From positions 1,376,001 to 1,440,000 of the forward strand of contig OZ250169.1 of assembly GCA_965237955.1 (NCBI GenBank): a stretch of DNA of 64,000 nt, written 5' to 3'. Below are positions 11,060 through 21,198 of this stretch, one piece after another. Each line of letters opens with the position of its first letter. Position 1 is the stretch's first letter. The DNA is from Candidatus Marinacidobacterales bacterium. Lineage in GTDB: Bacteria > Acidobacteriota > Vicinamibacteria > Marinacidobacterales > SMYC01. The notes under the pieces were generated by a model. It did not search any database and had not been told where the DNA came from. It saw nothing but the letters and a program-made list of their open reading frames with translations. The position numbers and the translations under genes were made by a program.

Positions 11060-13926
11060 ATGCCGCGTTCCGTTCGACTGCCTTTTGTTATCGCACCTCT
11101 GTTGGTGCTCGCCGTCACCGCCTCGGCGCAGACAATCCAAACACCGGAAGAGTTCTTCGGATTCCAGCTGGGGACCGACGGAGAGATGGCGCGTTACCCG
11201 AAGGTGCTCGACTATCTCCAGCACGTGGCCGCGAGCTCGGATCGCGTGCTCTACGAGGTGCTCGGCAAGACGACGGAGGGCAACGACTACGTCCTATTGA
11301 AAATCAGCTCGCCCGAGAATCTCTCGCGGCTTGAGCGTCTCGTCGAGATCAACCACCGGCTCGCGGATCCACGCGGGCTCAACCAGGTCGAGGCGATGGA
11401 GCTGGCCCAGGAAGGACGCCCGTTCTACTTCCTCTACGCGACCATCCATTCGACCGAAGTGGGCAACGGCCAGGCCGTACCGCTGATCGTTCACCGACTC
11501 GCGACCGAAGACTCGCGAAAGATTCACGAGATCTTGGACAACACCGTTCTCCTCTACGTACCGTCGCAAAACCCCGATGGGCAGGTGATGGTGATCGACC
11601 ACTGGTACGAGACGAAAGGAACCGGATATAACCGCGTGTATCCCGATCTCTACCACAAGTACGTGGGACACGATGACAACCGCGATTGGTTCATGTTCAC
11701 GCAGATCGAGACGCGGCTGAATATCGAAAAAGTGCAAAACGTCTACAAGCCTACGATCAGCCACGACATGCATCAGATGACGCCGACAGGTGCACGGATT
11801 TTCGTGCCGCCGTTCAAGGATCCCTACGACCCCAACATTCATCCGCTCATCGTCGAAGGCCAAGCTCAGGTGGGGCTTGCGATGGCGGGTGCCTTGATTG
11901 CGTCGGGCAAGGACGGCGTTACCTACGACACTCAGTATGATTTGTGGACGCCCGCGCGGCAGTACATGGTCTATCACGGTCAGCCGCGCATCCTCACCGA
12001 GATTGCGAGCGCCAACATCGCCGATCCGTACACGAGCTCGAAGCCGCTCGGACCGCAGCAAACTCGATGGAATTTTCCACGACCGTACACAAAAACCGAG
12101 TGGCGTCTGAGCCAAATCGTGGACTACGGGATCACCGCCGTCTTTGGCGGGTTGACTCATCTCGCCAAATATAGGTCGACGTGGCTCGAGAACTTTTACC
12201 GCGTGCACCGCGACTGGGTCGAGCGGGACGAGCCGCCGTTCGCATTCGTGATCCCCGAGGACCAGCGCGATCCGTATGCCACCTACCGTCTTCTCGAGAT
12301 CCTCAAGACCGGCGCGGTGGAGATCCATCGCGCGAGCTCGAACTTTCACGCCGAGGGGAAGGATTACCCGGCAGGTTCTTGGGTTATCCCGCTGGATCAA
12401 CCCTACGGCGCGTTCGCGAAAACGATGCTCGAGCTGCAGGAGTATCCGGATCTTCGTTACTACCCAGGTGGTCCACCCATTCCGCCGTATGACGTGACCG
12501 CGCACACGCTCGGCTATTTGATGGGCGTGGACGTGGATCCGATCGACGAGCCGCTCGATGCCGAGCTTACCCGCGTAGAGAAAGTCTCACCGTCGCCTTC
12601 GACGGTGCCGAAGCGGCCGCGCTGGGCGTACGTCATCCCGCCCGACTCGAACGCCGGGTTTCTCGCGCTCAATCGCCTATCGAAAGAAGGGGTTTCCGTC
12701 TTCCGCGCGGGTTCCACCGTCGACGTTTCCGGACAAGCGATCGCACCGGGCGCGTGGCTCGTACCGCCGAGCGGCAAAGCGACCCGCGTGCTCGAACAGG
12801 TTGCCGAGCAAACCGGGCTGCCCGTTCTCGGCGCGGACCGCGCTTTCGGTGTCGACGGTTTTCGCATGAAGCGGCCGACGAGAGTGGGGCTCTACAAAGT
12901 CGCGAACAACATGCCCGCGGGATGGCTCATGTGGCTTCTCGAGAAATACGGAGTTCGACCACCAGGTCATGGCGTCGACGGACTTCGATACCGATCTGTC
13001 CGAGAGCTACGATGTGATTCTCCTGCCCGCGGGCACGAGCAAAGAACGTATGCTTACTGGATTGTCGCCGTCGCGGCACGACGAGAGCTGGCGGTGGGCA
13101 TTTGGCATTGGCGAGGATGGATGGGAGCGGCTTCGTCAGTTCGTCGAGAGCGGCGGCACGCTCGTCGCTGTTGGTGACGCCGTGGCTACCGCACGTGAAC
13201 TGCTCGACCTTCCAATCGAGCCGGTGCTGCCACAAGCTCCGAGGCGCTTTCGCCGCGGAGCCGAGCCTCCCGATCCAAGACCGGCGGTGTCGGCACGGGA
13301 CGCGGACGCGAGCTTCAAGCCAAGCGTTCGAGAGCCCTTCCGAGCTCGTCAAAGCTCTCGAGTCTCGCGTGGTTGATCCAACTTCGGTTTTCTATTGCCC
13401 CGGCTCTCTGCTCGAGCAGGAGTACAACGTGCGCCATCCGGTCGCGTTCGGCATGCCGACGCGGTGGCCGGTTTTCTTCCGGCACGATCAAGCTTACCGG
13501 CTGAAGCCTAGCTTCGACGTCCGCACCGACGTGGTATCGAAATATCCCGATGAAGAGGATCTGATCGCCAGTGGATGGCTGCTTGGTGGCGAGCTGCTCC
13601 GCGATCAAGCGAACGTCATCGCTTTCGAGCTCGGGCGGGGGAGCGTCGTCGCGTTGGGAAGCCAGGTGGAGTTTCGCACTCAGACTGAAGCGACGTTCAA
13701 GCTGTTGTTCAATGCGCTGGTGCAGGGACCCGCCGACGAGCTCACTGCCTCCGAGCTTGCTCGATTGAGGTCGCCGAGCCCAGGGCCCTTGGCTCGCATC
13801 TCGTTCGCATGCTCCTCGGTAAAGGGGGTCGGCAGGGAAACACGCGGAAAATCGCAAAAAACTACCGTTTTTAGCGTGTTTTTGGCGTTTCGGGCTTGCG
13901 GAATCGAAGGAACGCGACTAAAATAA
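11060..13926 (+). CDS. M14 family zinc carboxypeptidase (secreted) with two +1 frameshifts (~12950, ~13320)
   Basis: GAGGAG RBS, signal peptide, IHSTE, NPDG, DDNRDW, HDMHQM; continues in frames 12969 and 13102; removing one G (TACGGAG) and one C (AAGCCAA) restores one ORF. Confidence 0.85.
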
Positions 13927-14081
13927 CTCCTGTTTGATAGACGGTCGATTTCTAAACACATTGTAATTTTTATGGCGCAGGGGGAAGGCGAACGCCCATC
14001 GTGGTGCTCGTCCGAGCCACTTGGTTTGTTTCGGGCGGCTCTCGTTCCGAGCTGTTCAATTTCACAAAGGAGATTCGAGGA

Positions 14082-14381
14082 ATGGCGACAAAACCGATGA
14101 CGAAGACACAGATCGTGGCCGAGTTTGCGGAAACGATGCAGGTTCCAAAAAAGCAGGCGGCCGTGTGGTTCGACGAGTTCGCGGCTATGGCAACTCGAGA
14201 GACGAGAAGGAACGGCCAGTTCATCATTCCCGGCATCGGGAAGCTCGTGAAATCGATCCGCAACGCTCGGAAGGGTCGCAATCCTCAGACCGGCGAGGAG
14301 ATCCAGATTCCGAAGAAGACGGTCGTCAAGTTCCGGGTCGCCAAGGCGTGCAAGGACGCCGTCGTCCCGCCCAAGAAGTAG
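14082..14381 (+). CDS. hup: HU family DNA-binding protein
   Basis: MTKTQIVAE, IPGIGKL, RKGRNPQTGEEIQIP, VKFRVAK. Confidence 0.92.
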   Translation: MATKPMTKTQIVAEFAETMQVPKKQAAVWFDEFAAMATRETRRNGQFIIPGIGKLVKSIRNARKGRNPQTGEEIQIPKKTVVKFRVAKACKDAVVPPKK

Positions 14382-14393
14382 AGCATCTGTCGG

Positions 14394-14421
14394 CCCGCCT
14401 TCGCGGGTTAGCGAAGGCGGG
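14394..14421. terminator. Hairpin between convergent genes
   Basis: cccgccttcgc-gggtta-gcgaaggcggg, 11-bp perfect stem. Confidence 0.7.
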
Positions 14422-14425
14422 TGGG

Positions 14426-16114
14426 CTAGTTCGGGCTCGCGTCGAGCCGAGTCAACGCTTCTCGTGCCTCTTCTCGACTGGGTTCGGCGTCGATAGCTTG
14501 TTTGAATGCAGTGCGGGCTTTTTCCCTCTCGTTGAGCCCGACATAGGCGAGCCCATAGAGATAGTTGGTGTCGTAAGCGAACGCGCCCGACGGCGAGTCC
14601 AGAGCACCCAGTACTTCGAACACGTTCGAGAACTCATCTTTCGCGAGTCGAACTCTCGCCATCGTGAGACGAAAGCTGTAGTTGTCCGGTGCTTGCTCGA
14701 TAGCGCTCGCGATCACTTCCTCGGCGAGGCCGATCTCAAGCCCTTTGTCCACGCAAAAACGCGTAAGAAGGTTCGCAAGGTTCAAATTCGACGGATTGGA
14801 TTTCACCAGCGTCGATAGCCGCTTGATATACGCTCGAAACTGAGCTTCCGCGCGAGCGGTATCGCCACGTTCGAGATACTGCAGTCCGAGGAGATCCCGA
14901 TAGAGAAACGGAATGTGCGTCGGTTTGTGCTCGAGAAGCGTTTCCAGAATAGGGACGGCCTCGCCGAGGCGGCCGTCCTCGCGCATCGCGTCGACCCGCT
15001 TCAGTTGGACGTCGACGTTAATAGGGTCGACTTCGGCGACCGCGCGGAGATACCCACCCAAGCTCTCGGCGTTCATGGACTCGGGAATGGGGATCGTGCC
15101 GCCGTCATGGATGGCTCGGATCTCGTCGTTCACGATCTCGAGCGCGATGCGATGGCCGCCCCGGTAGAGCTCGAGCATCCCCACATCGATGCTGATGTGC
15201 TTGCCACCGAATCGCGACTCGATGACACCGCCGGTGAGCGTGTGGCCAACTACCATGCGTTTCGCGTCCAAGTTGTGAAGGATGCGATCCACGAGCGGCT
15301 GTGCCGATTCTTGGGCAGTCTTGGTCAGCTCGGTTTGCGCAAGGCCGCGATACTGCAACGGAGATGCCTTGTCGAAGGTAATCCCCTCTTGAATAGGAAC
15401 CTCAAATCGTAGCTCTTGCCGGATCCGGCGATTGATTTCCGCGATGTCCATTATGGAGAACTTTTCGCTCCAATCGCCGTGGGAGAACAAAACCCCGTTG
15501 ATCTTGACGGCGGTGTTGTGCTCCCGAATCCACTTGCCGTACTTGCCGTTCGAGCTGAAAGCCCGACGGTGCTCGATCGCCCCGAGCGGGTTCTCCCTGT
15601 CGAACTCTTCGCGAGTCACGCTTTTCTTGGGCGCGTCCTCACCCCGGTCTCGCGCCTCGCGCCGGAGCTGCTCGTAGACCCGGTCGAAGACTTGATCGCG
15701 CCTTCTCCGTGAGTCGCGGTCGACGAACGCTTCGTACTCCTTCGGCGATACGAGCTCGAGAATGCCCAAGACGTTCCACGTCTCGTGGTTGCCGATGAGC
15801 ACGTGAACTCGACCCCCCGCGTCTTCCGCCTTGTCCTCCAGCTTCATGAGGAAGTCCATGGCTTTGCGAGAGTCTGGACCCCGATCGACGATGTCACCGG
15901 TTTGAACGAGATGCGCCTCGCCACCGATCCAGCGAAGCTTGCCGTCGATGAGATTCGCGTTCTGCAGAATTCGAATCAGGTTGTCGTAGGCGCCATGAAT
16001 GTCGCCGATGGCGACGATGCGCTCGACGCTATCCCACTCGAACCGGCGCTCCTCGGCGGGGAGCGGAAACGAGAGCAAGAGGCTGAAAACGGTGACGCCG
16101 AGAAGTCTCATCAT
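14426..16114 (-). CDS. Exported Shewanella-like (Shelph) metallophosphoesterase with C-terminal TPRs
   Basis: Signal peptide; GDIHG, GDIVDRG, GNHE, VVGHT, IDVGM motifs; TPR-like tail. Confidence 0.85.
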   Translation of the reverse strand: MMRLLGVTVFSLLLSFPLPAEERRFEWDSVERIVAIGDIHGAYDNLIRILQNANLIDGKLRWIGGEAHLVQTGDIVDRGPDSRKAMDFLMKLEDKAEDAGGRVHVLIGNHETWNVLGILELVSPKEYEAFVDRDSRRRRDQVFDRVYEQLRREARDRGEDAPKKSVTREEFDRENPLGAIEHRRAFSSNGKYGKWIREHNTAVKINGVLFSHGDWSEKFSIMDIAEINRRIRQELRFEVPIQEGITFDKASPLQYRGLAQTELTKTAQESAQPLVDRILHNLDAKRMVVGHTLTGGVIESRFGGKHISIDVGMLELYRGGHRIALEIVNDEIRAIHDGGTIPIPESMNAESLGGYLRAVAEVDPINVDVQLKRVDAMREDGRLGEAVPILETLLEHKPTHIPFLYRDLLGLQYLERGDTARAEAQFRAYIKRLSTLVKSNPSNLNLANLLTRFCVDKGLEIGLAEEVIASAIEQAPDNYSFRLTMARVRLAKDEFSNVFEVLGALDSPSGAFAYDTNYLYGLAYVGLNEREKARTAFKQAIDAEPSREEAREALTRLDASPN

Positions 16115-17031
16115 GATCTTGAGCTATCCGTCTTGTGCACGCCGAAAATCGCGCCAAAGATTCCCTGGAGAAGATCCATGTGATCCGTGAGAAGCTCGAA
16201 GAGAGCGTCGCGATCGATGCGGAGCGCCTTGCCGGGCGACGTTGCCTTCCCCCGCCAGGACCAGTCGGAGCCGGCTAACGTTTCTTCCGCTCCCAGGCAA
16301 TCTCCTGCGGACGCGTTGGCGCTCTCACCTCCGGCCGGAGATTCGAGCGCAACATTTCCCGAGAGAACGAGCAAGATCGACGACGGATGCCCCTCGGAGA
16401 AGAGAATTTCGTCCGGCTGGAATGAAACTTCCCGGGTAATAGCCGCGAGCACGTAGACCTCGTCCGCGGTCGCCCGCGCGAAAAGCGGAACTGTTTGAAG
16501 GTACAAAGCCTTGTCCACCGTCTTCAGAGCTTCTCTCGAGCGTGGCGCCTGTACAGGCTGTACCGGACTCGACGTTCGAATCCGAGACGGCAGGGAGTCG
16601 CCTCCGTTTCGTTCGAGCAACATGCGGAATAGGCCTTGAGCGAGCTCGATGTTGGCGGACAGTAACGTGCGAAACTCCTCCGCCGGCATGACGAGGGCAA
16701 CCGAATCCGCGCTCGCATGAGCCTCGTCCTGTATAGTCGTTCCCTCCAGAAACTCCTGAAAGCCGAGCATCGCGGGTGGGTCCAAGCGCTTGGCGCCATG
16801 TCGTCCGTTTTGAATTTCGAACGAGCCCTCGAGCAGGACTTGAATGTATTCCACCGGAGCGCCTTTTTTCTGGACGGTGGAGCTCGCTTCATAACGCACT
16901 TGGCGCGATATCGCCGAAATGCGGAAAAGCTCGTCCACGGACACGAAACGAAAAAGCGGTATCTGGCGCAGCTGCTGTGCGAGCGTGACCGCTGGTACCG
17001 GGGCGAGGGGCTCAAACTGCATGGGCTGCAT
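16111..17031 (-). CDS. Tandem cyclic-nucleotide-binding domain protein
   Basis: Two cNMP-like repeats (IPLFRFVSVDEL...; VPLFARATADEV...FSEG); GGAG upstream of ATG 17031, overlapping the upstream stop. Confidence 0.8.
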   Translation of the reverse strand: MQPMQFEPLAPVPAVTLAQQLRQIPLFRFVSVDELFRISAISRQVRYEASSTVQKKGAPVEYIQVLLEGSFEIQNGRHGAKRLDPPAMLGFQEFLEGTTIQDEAHASADSVALVMPAEEFRTLLSANIELAQGLFRMLLERNGGDSLPSRIRTSSPVQPVQAPRSREALKTVDKALYLQTVPLFARATADEVYVLAAITREVSFQPDEILFSEGHPSSILLVLSGNVALESPAGGESANASAGDCLGAEETLAGSDWSWRGKATSPGKALRIDRDALFELLTDHMDLLQGIFGAIFGVHKTDSSRS

Positions 17032-19837
17032 CGGTCTCCGTTTCGTGATGATGGGCGGCGAGCGCGTACGAGGCGGCTTCGAACACGGCGAAGTCCTCGG
17101 CGTCGCGAAACGCCAGCAGTTGCTCGAGGTCATCGGCGAGCGACCACATTTTCTGTTCGCGCACCATGTCGATGGCGGTCGCGGCGACCACTTCGTCCTC
17201 GTCGTAGATGAGACGGGTCAAGGCTTCTTCCACGTCTCGCATACGGGTCTTGATCAGCACATTCCCTTTGCGGACTTTCTCATCGAGGGGCACTTCATCG
17301 ACCAAAGGCAGCAGCGACTTGCGCACATCGCCCGATAGCGTGTTGTCGAGGAACTCGACGCCACTCGAGCGAGCGCGCGCGTCCCCGTGCTCGATGGCCC
17401 ATCGTGCCGCTCGGATGTCGCTCCCGTCGTACAAAAGGCCCATCAGGCGATAGATGCGGTCCATCGCACGGTCGCGCTTCTGTTCGAGCGCCTGCGCGAG
17501 GAGCGTATCCCGGGACAGGTTGCCTTTTTCGAAGAGATCGTAGGTTGAGCCGAGATAGCGGTAGTAGAGCGTGACTTCCTTCCTCAGCAACGCTTGGATC
17601 GGCTCGGGGTCAAGCGCGAGGGCGCCGGCGCCGGCGTCCTCAGTGGATTCTCGGCTTATATGCTCGAGCGCTTTGATGGCTTTGTAGCGTATGAACCCGT
17701 CGTCGCCGCCGAGACAACCGAGAAGCTCCGCGACGGATGATTCCGAGGGAATGAGGGCGAGCGTGCTCGGGATGTGTCGCCGCACCCAAGGATCCTCTTG
17801 CTCGTCGTTGAGAAAGTAGGTCAGCGTGGGGATGACATCCTCGCCGTAGCTCACCAGCACGTCGCGGGCGGTGTTCTTCAACCTTCGATCGCGTAAGAGC
17901 GAAACCAGCACCGGAACGAACAGAAGATCGGTGTCGCCCAACAGACGGGCGCTCCGGATCGCCTCACGGGCGACGCTCACATCCGGGTCGTTCATCAACG
18001 GAGTGAGCAGTTGGCGAAACCGCGGGTCGGTGGTGCGCGCGATGGCGCGTGCCGCTTCGCGGCGGGCCGGCACCGCGGACTCCCGTCCGTCCGAGGCGAG
18101 CCGCTCTAGCGTCTCTTCGACGATGGTGCGATCCGATTCGTCGCTACTTTCGGCGAGGGCTACCGCGGCGGTCGCGACGATGCGCGGATCGCTATCTCTC
18201 AAATAGGGCCTCATCAGATCACGCACGTCACTGTTATGGACCGAGGCGATCACTTCGACCGCGGCCGCGCGGACGTCGGGGTCGTCGTCTTTCAACGACA
18301 GTTCCACCGAGGGGAGCCAACGCTCGACGAGCTCGCTCCGGGCACCTTGGATTGCGACCAGTGCCCGCGATCGAACGCGCGGCGACGCGTGATGGAGCAG
18401 AAGCGGTGTGATCAAGTTACGCTTTTCGAGCGCTTCGAGAAGCTCGATCGAGCGGAGCACGCGCTGCTCATCCGAGCTTCCGAGCTCTTCTACGAGAGTT
18501 TCCACCGTGGCGAGATCGCCGGCCTGAGGCGTGAGTTCTTCCGGCTCGAGCGAGAGCGTCTCGATGCTTCGTCGAAACGAGGACAAGTACTCACGCTTCG
18601 CCAGCCGCGTGACTGGGAGCCAGAGAGCGGCATAGACGAGCGCGATGAGACTCAGATGCCACCACTCAGCGCCGAGGAGCTTGGTGGCCACCAGCAGGAT
18701 CGCGGAGCCGATGCCCTTGCCGATGAATCGGTCCGCCACCACGTCGACGAAGCCTTTGGCCTTCAGCTTGATTTCGGCGGAAAGCGGGAGGAACAAAACC
18801 TCGCGTGTCGTCTTGTCGATGCTGTAGCGGAGCGTGGTGTCCGAGGCCCGCGCCGTTGCTGAGGCCCAGAGCGCTCCCTTCGCAAGCACGACTCCGGACC
18901 ACAAAACGAGATTGACGGGGAGAATCGCCAGCGCGAATCCGACCCCGAAGAGACTGTAGATGCGCGGCGTCGCAAACTGAATGACGAATCCCGCGAAAGA
19001 GCTGACCGTCGTCATCCCGGCAATGTATTTGGTGATGGTGTCCTTGGTCCCAACTTGATCTTCCAGGACCATGTAGAACTGATTCTCGAGCGTCAAGGCT
19101 CCCAGCGCGCCAAAGCCGATGATGAGGGCGATGATCTGGAGGTGGCGCGATTGCCGGAGCATGGACAGCGCCTCTCCACCGCCGACCGTGTCGGTCTTGA
19201 CCTTGAACGAGTCCGTTGCATCGGGTCGCGTCCTGCGCTGGATCATGAGGACGAGGAAGAAAGATACGGCCAGGATGCCCGAGCTCCCGAGAAGCAGATT
19301 CGTGGTCCCGAGCCGGTCCACAAAGAGCACGGTAAGGGTGGCGCCCGCCGCTCCACCGAGCAGGGCTCCCGCGCCGATGAAGCCGAAGAGTCTCTTCGCT
19401 TGCCGGGGCGCGTAAATGTCGTTGGCGAGCAGCCAGAACTGGCTGATGAGAAAGATCCCCAGAAGTTGCCGGCCGAAGAAGAAAAAGGCGACGGCCACCC
19501 ACTCCTGTCCGCTCTGGAGGAGAAACCAGAAGGTGATGAGAATAGCGATCACGCCCAGCTGTGTCCCCGGCAGGACCCAGAGCTTGGGCACCATCGCGAC
19601 TAATCGACTGTAGTAGTTCAGGATGAAACCCGAGGAAATCCCTGCGAAGAGGAATACCCATGGCATGTTGTCCGCGCCGAGAGCGGCGATGAACTCGGAG
19701 GCGGCCGAGGGCTTGATGTTGTTGTAGGCCGCCATCACAAGGAAGGAGTAGACGAACATGAGGATGCCGGTTCCGGCTTCGCCCTCGCGAAACGTCACGA
19801 CGGGAGAGAGCACACGTCGGAAGAAGGAATCACTCAT
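17012..19837 (-). CDS. Npt1/Npt2 (TLC) nucleotide transporter with HEAT repeats
   Basis: MFS-like hydrophobic N-half, QFWLLANDIY..RQAKRLFGFIG, RYSIDKTTREVLFLP, KAKGFVD; HEAT repeats (DDDPDVRAAA, DPDVSVAREA). Confidence 0.88.
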   Translation of the reverse strand: MSDSFFRRVLSPVVTFREGEAGTGILMFVYSFLVMAAYNNIKPSAASEFIAALGADNMPWVFLFAGISSGFILNYYSRLVAMVPKLWVLPGTQLGVIAILITFWFLLQSGQEWVAVAFFFFGRQLLGIFLISQFWLLANDIYAPRQAKRLFGFIGAGALLGGAAGATLTVLFVDRLGTTNLLLGSSGILAVSFFLVLMIQRRTRPDATDSFKVKTDTVGGGEALSMLRQSRHLQIIALIIGFGALGALTLENQFYMVLEDQVGTKDTITKYIAGMTTVSSFAGFVIQFATPRIYSLFGVGFALAILPVNLVLWSGVVLAKGALWASATARASDTTLRYSIDKTTREVLFLPLSAEIKLKAKGFVDVVADRFIGKGIGSAILLVATKLLGAEWWHLSLIALVYAALWLPVTRLAKREYLSSFRRSIETLSLEPEELTPQAGDLATVETLVEELGSSDEQRVLRSIELLEALEKRNLITPLLLHHASPRVRSRALVAIQGARSELVERWLPSVELSLKDDDPDVRAAAVEVIASVHNSDVRDLMRPYLRDSDPRIVATAAVALAESSDESDRTIVEETLERLASDGRESAVPARREAARAIARTTDPRFRQLLTPLMNDPDVSVAREAIRSARLLGDTDLLFVPVLVSLLRDRRLKNTARDVLVSYGEDVIPTLTYFLNDEQEDPWVRRHIPSTLALIPSESSVAELLGCLGGDDGFIRYKAIKALEHISRESTEDAGAGALALDPEPIQALLRKEVTLYYRYLGSTYDLFEKGNLSRDTLLAQALEQKRDRAMDRIYRLMGLLYDGSDIRAARWAIEHGDARARSSGVEFLDNTLSGDVRKSLLPLVDEVPLDEKVRKGNVLIKTRMRDVEEALTRLIYDEDEVVAATAIDMVREQKMWSLADDLEQLLAFRDAEDFAVFEAASYALAAHHHETETDAAHAV

Positions 19838-19952
19838 GTCGGTCTACGTAGCCGCCGACCCCATGTTATGCCAGCGTGCGGAGACGCGGCAAATCACCGA
19901 GCAACCGTTAGGGCCGGCCGGAAAGAGAATGCTGATGACGCGGGAAGAAAAT

Positions 19953-20037
19953 AACGCAAAGTCGCAGAGTCGCCAAGGGTTCGGCTGCGCTTTGCTCAAC
20001 TCGACTCGGATTTTTCGCGCCCTGGCGCCTTTGCGTT
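19953..20037. repeat. Inverted nonamer-type cassette (AACGCAAAG...CTTTGCGTT)
   Basis: aacgcaaagtcgcagagtcgccaag ... ctggcgcctttgcgtt. Confidence 0.5.
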
Positions 20038-20056
20038 TGCTTTTCGGAATCAGCCA

Positions 20057-21085
20057 CTAAGCTCGTTCTCTCGACGGCTTCGAAGGGGCGAGGTCACGTC
20101 GGGGCAATCGGCGCGTTCGGTCGAGAAGGCGTCCGCCCTCGCCGAGCGCGGGAACGAGTTTCCGAAAGAGCGGGTTCCGGCGAGCCTCGGCCAGGCGAGA
20201 TGCGAGATCGCGGCGATCGGGGAGCTTCGGCTTGGTGGCTGCGAGCGCGGCGGCAGAACCGAAAACTCCGCAGATCTCGGGTCTCGAGCCAAGGAGCCAG
20301 CCGAGAAGATAGCCGCTCGCAAAGGCGCTAGCGGCTCGTTCGACTTCTGCGCCGAAGCTTGGAACGCGAATCGCCCGATTCGTCTTGTCTCGGGAGTAGA
20401 CACGCGAGCCGCCGGCTCCTAGTCGGACGGCGATGGCGCCCACGCCGAGCTCCAACGTCGAGGTCGCGGCGGCACCAATCCGAGCTCTCTCGGCGAGGGC
20501 CCGGAGCGTCTCCGAGTCGGCGAAGAGGACATCGACGTGGCTGAGGAGACTACGAAGCGCGCGCCAGTCGCTCGTGGGCGGTAGAGCGTTCACATCGAGC
20601 GATGTGCTCGCCCCGACGCTTCCAGCGCGAGCGAGCGCACTCGTCGCCGTCTCCAAACTTCGACGGTCGACGAGGACCGATCCGCAGACGTGGAAGTGCC
20701 GGCTTCCCGGTAGCGCACGCAACACCGCTTGCTTTGATGGCGTGCCATCGGAGGCGGCCGAGGTCATCCGCACTTCGTGCCTTGGTGTGCGAACTCGAAT
20801 CGTCACCGGTGTCGTTCGTGCGTCCGAGCGAATCCCACGAGTCTGGATTCCACGCTTTCTGAGCGCGCTCAAAACTTCTTTGTCCACGTCGCTCGTACCC
20901 ATCCCGGTGACGATGGCGGCGGACAGCCCCAGCCGACTCAACCTCTCCGAGACTTCGACGCCACCCCCGACGATGCGCCACGAGAGCTCTTCGGCGCGCT
21001 TCGACCCCGCGGGGAGCAAGTCCTCGGAGAGACGCACGTACATCTCGCGCTCGACCGGACCGAGGACCACGACCTGAGCTCGCAT
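20057..21085 (-). CDS. PfkB/ribokinase family protein, catalytic motif degenerate
   Basis: GGG...LSRLG, TSLDVN, DVLFAD, VRLGAGGS; the DTTGAGD position reads VERAASAF. Confidence 0.7.
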   Translation of the reverse strand: MRAQVVVLGPVEREMYVRLSEDLLPAGSKRAEELSWRIVGGGVEVSERLSRLGLSAAIVTGMGTSDVDKEVLSALRKRGIQTRGIRSDARTTPVTIRVRTPRHEVRMTSAASDGTPSKQAVLRALPGSRHFHVCGSVLVDRRSLETATSALARAGSVGASTSLDVNALPPTSDWRALRSLLSHVDVLFADSETLRALAERARIGAAATSTLELGVGAIAVRLGAGGSRVYSRDKTNRAIRVPSFGAEVERAASAFASGYLLGWLLGSRPEICGVFGSAAALAATKPKLPDRRDLASRLAEARRNPLFRKLVPALGEGGRLLDRTRRLPRRDLAPSKPSRERA

Positions 21086-21198
21086 CGAGCACTAGATTGC
21101 CATTGCCGCGCGCGGATTAAAAGGGGGTGTTCTTGCGCGCGGCCGGGAAGTTTGAGTTGTTGTCGGGCACGGGCAGGGGCAGGGGTGCTGGCGACGGG

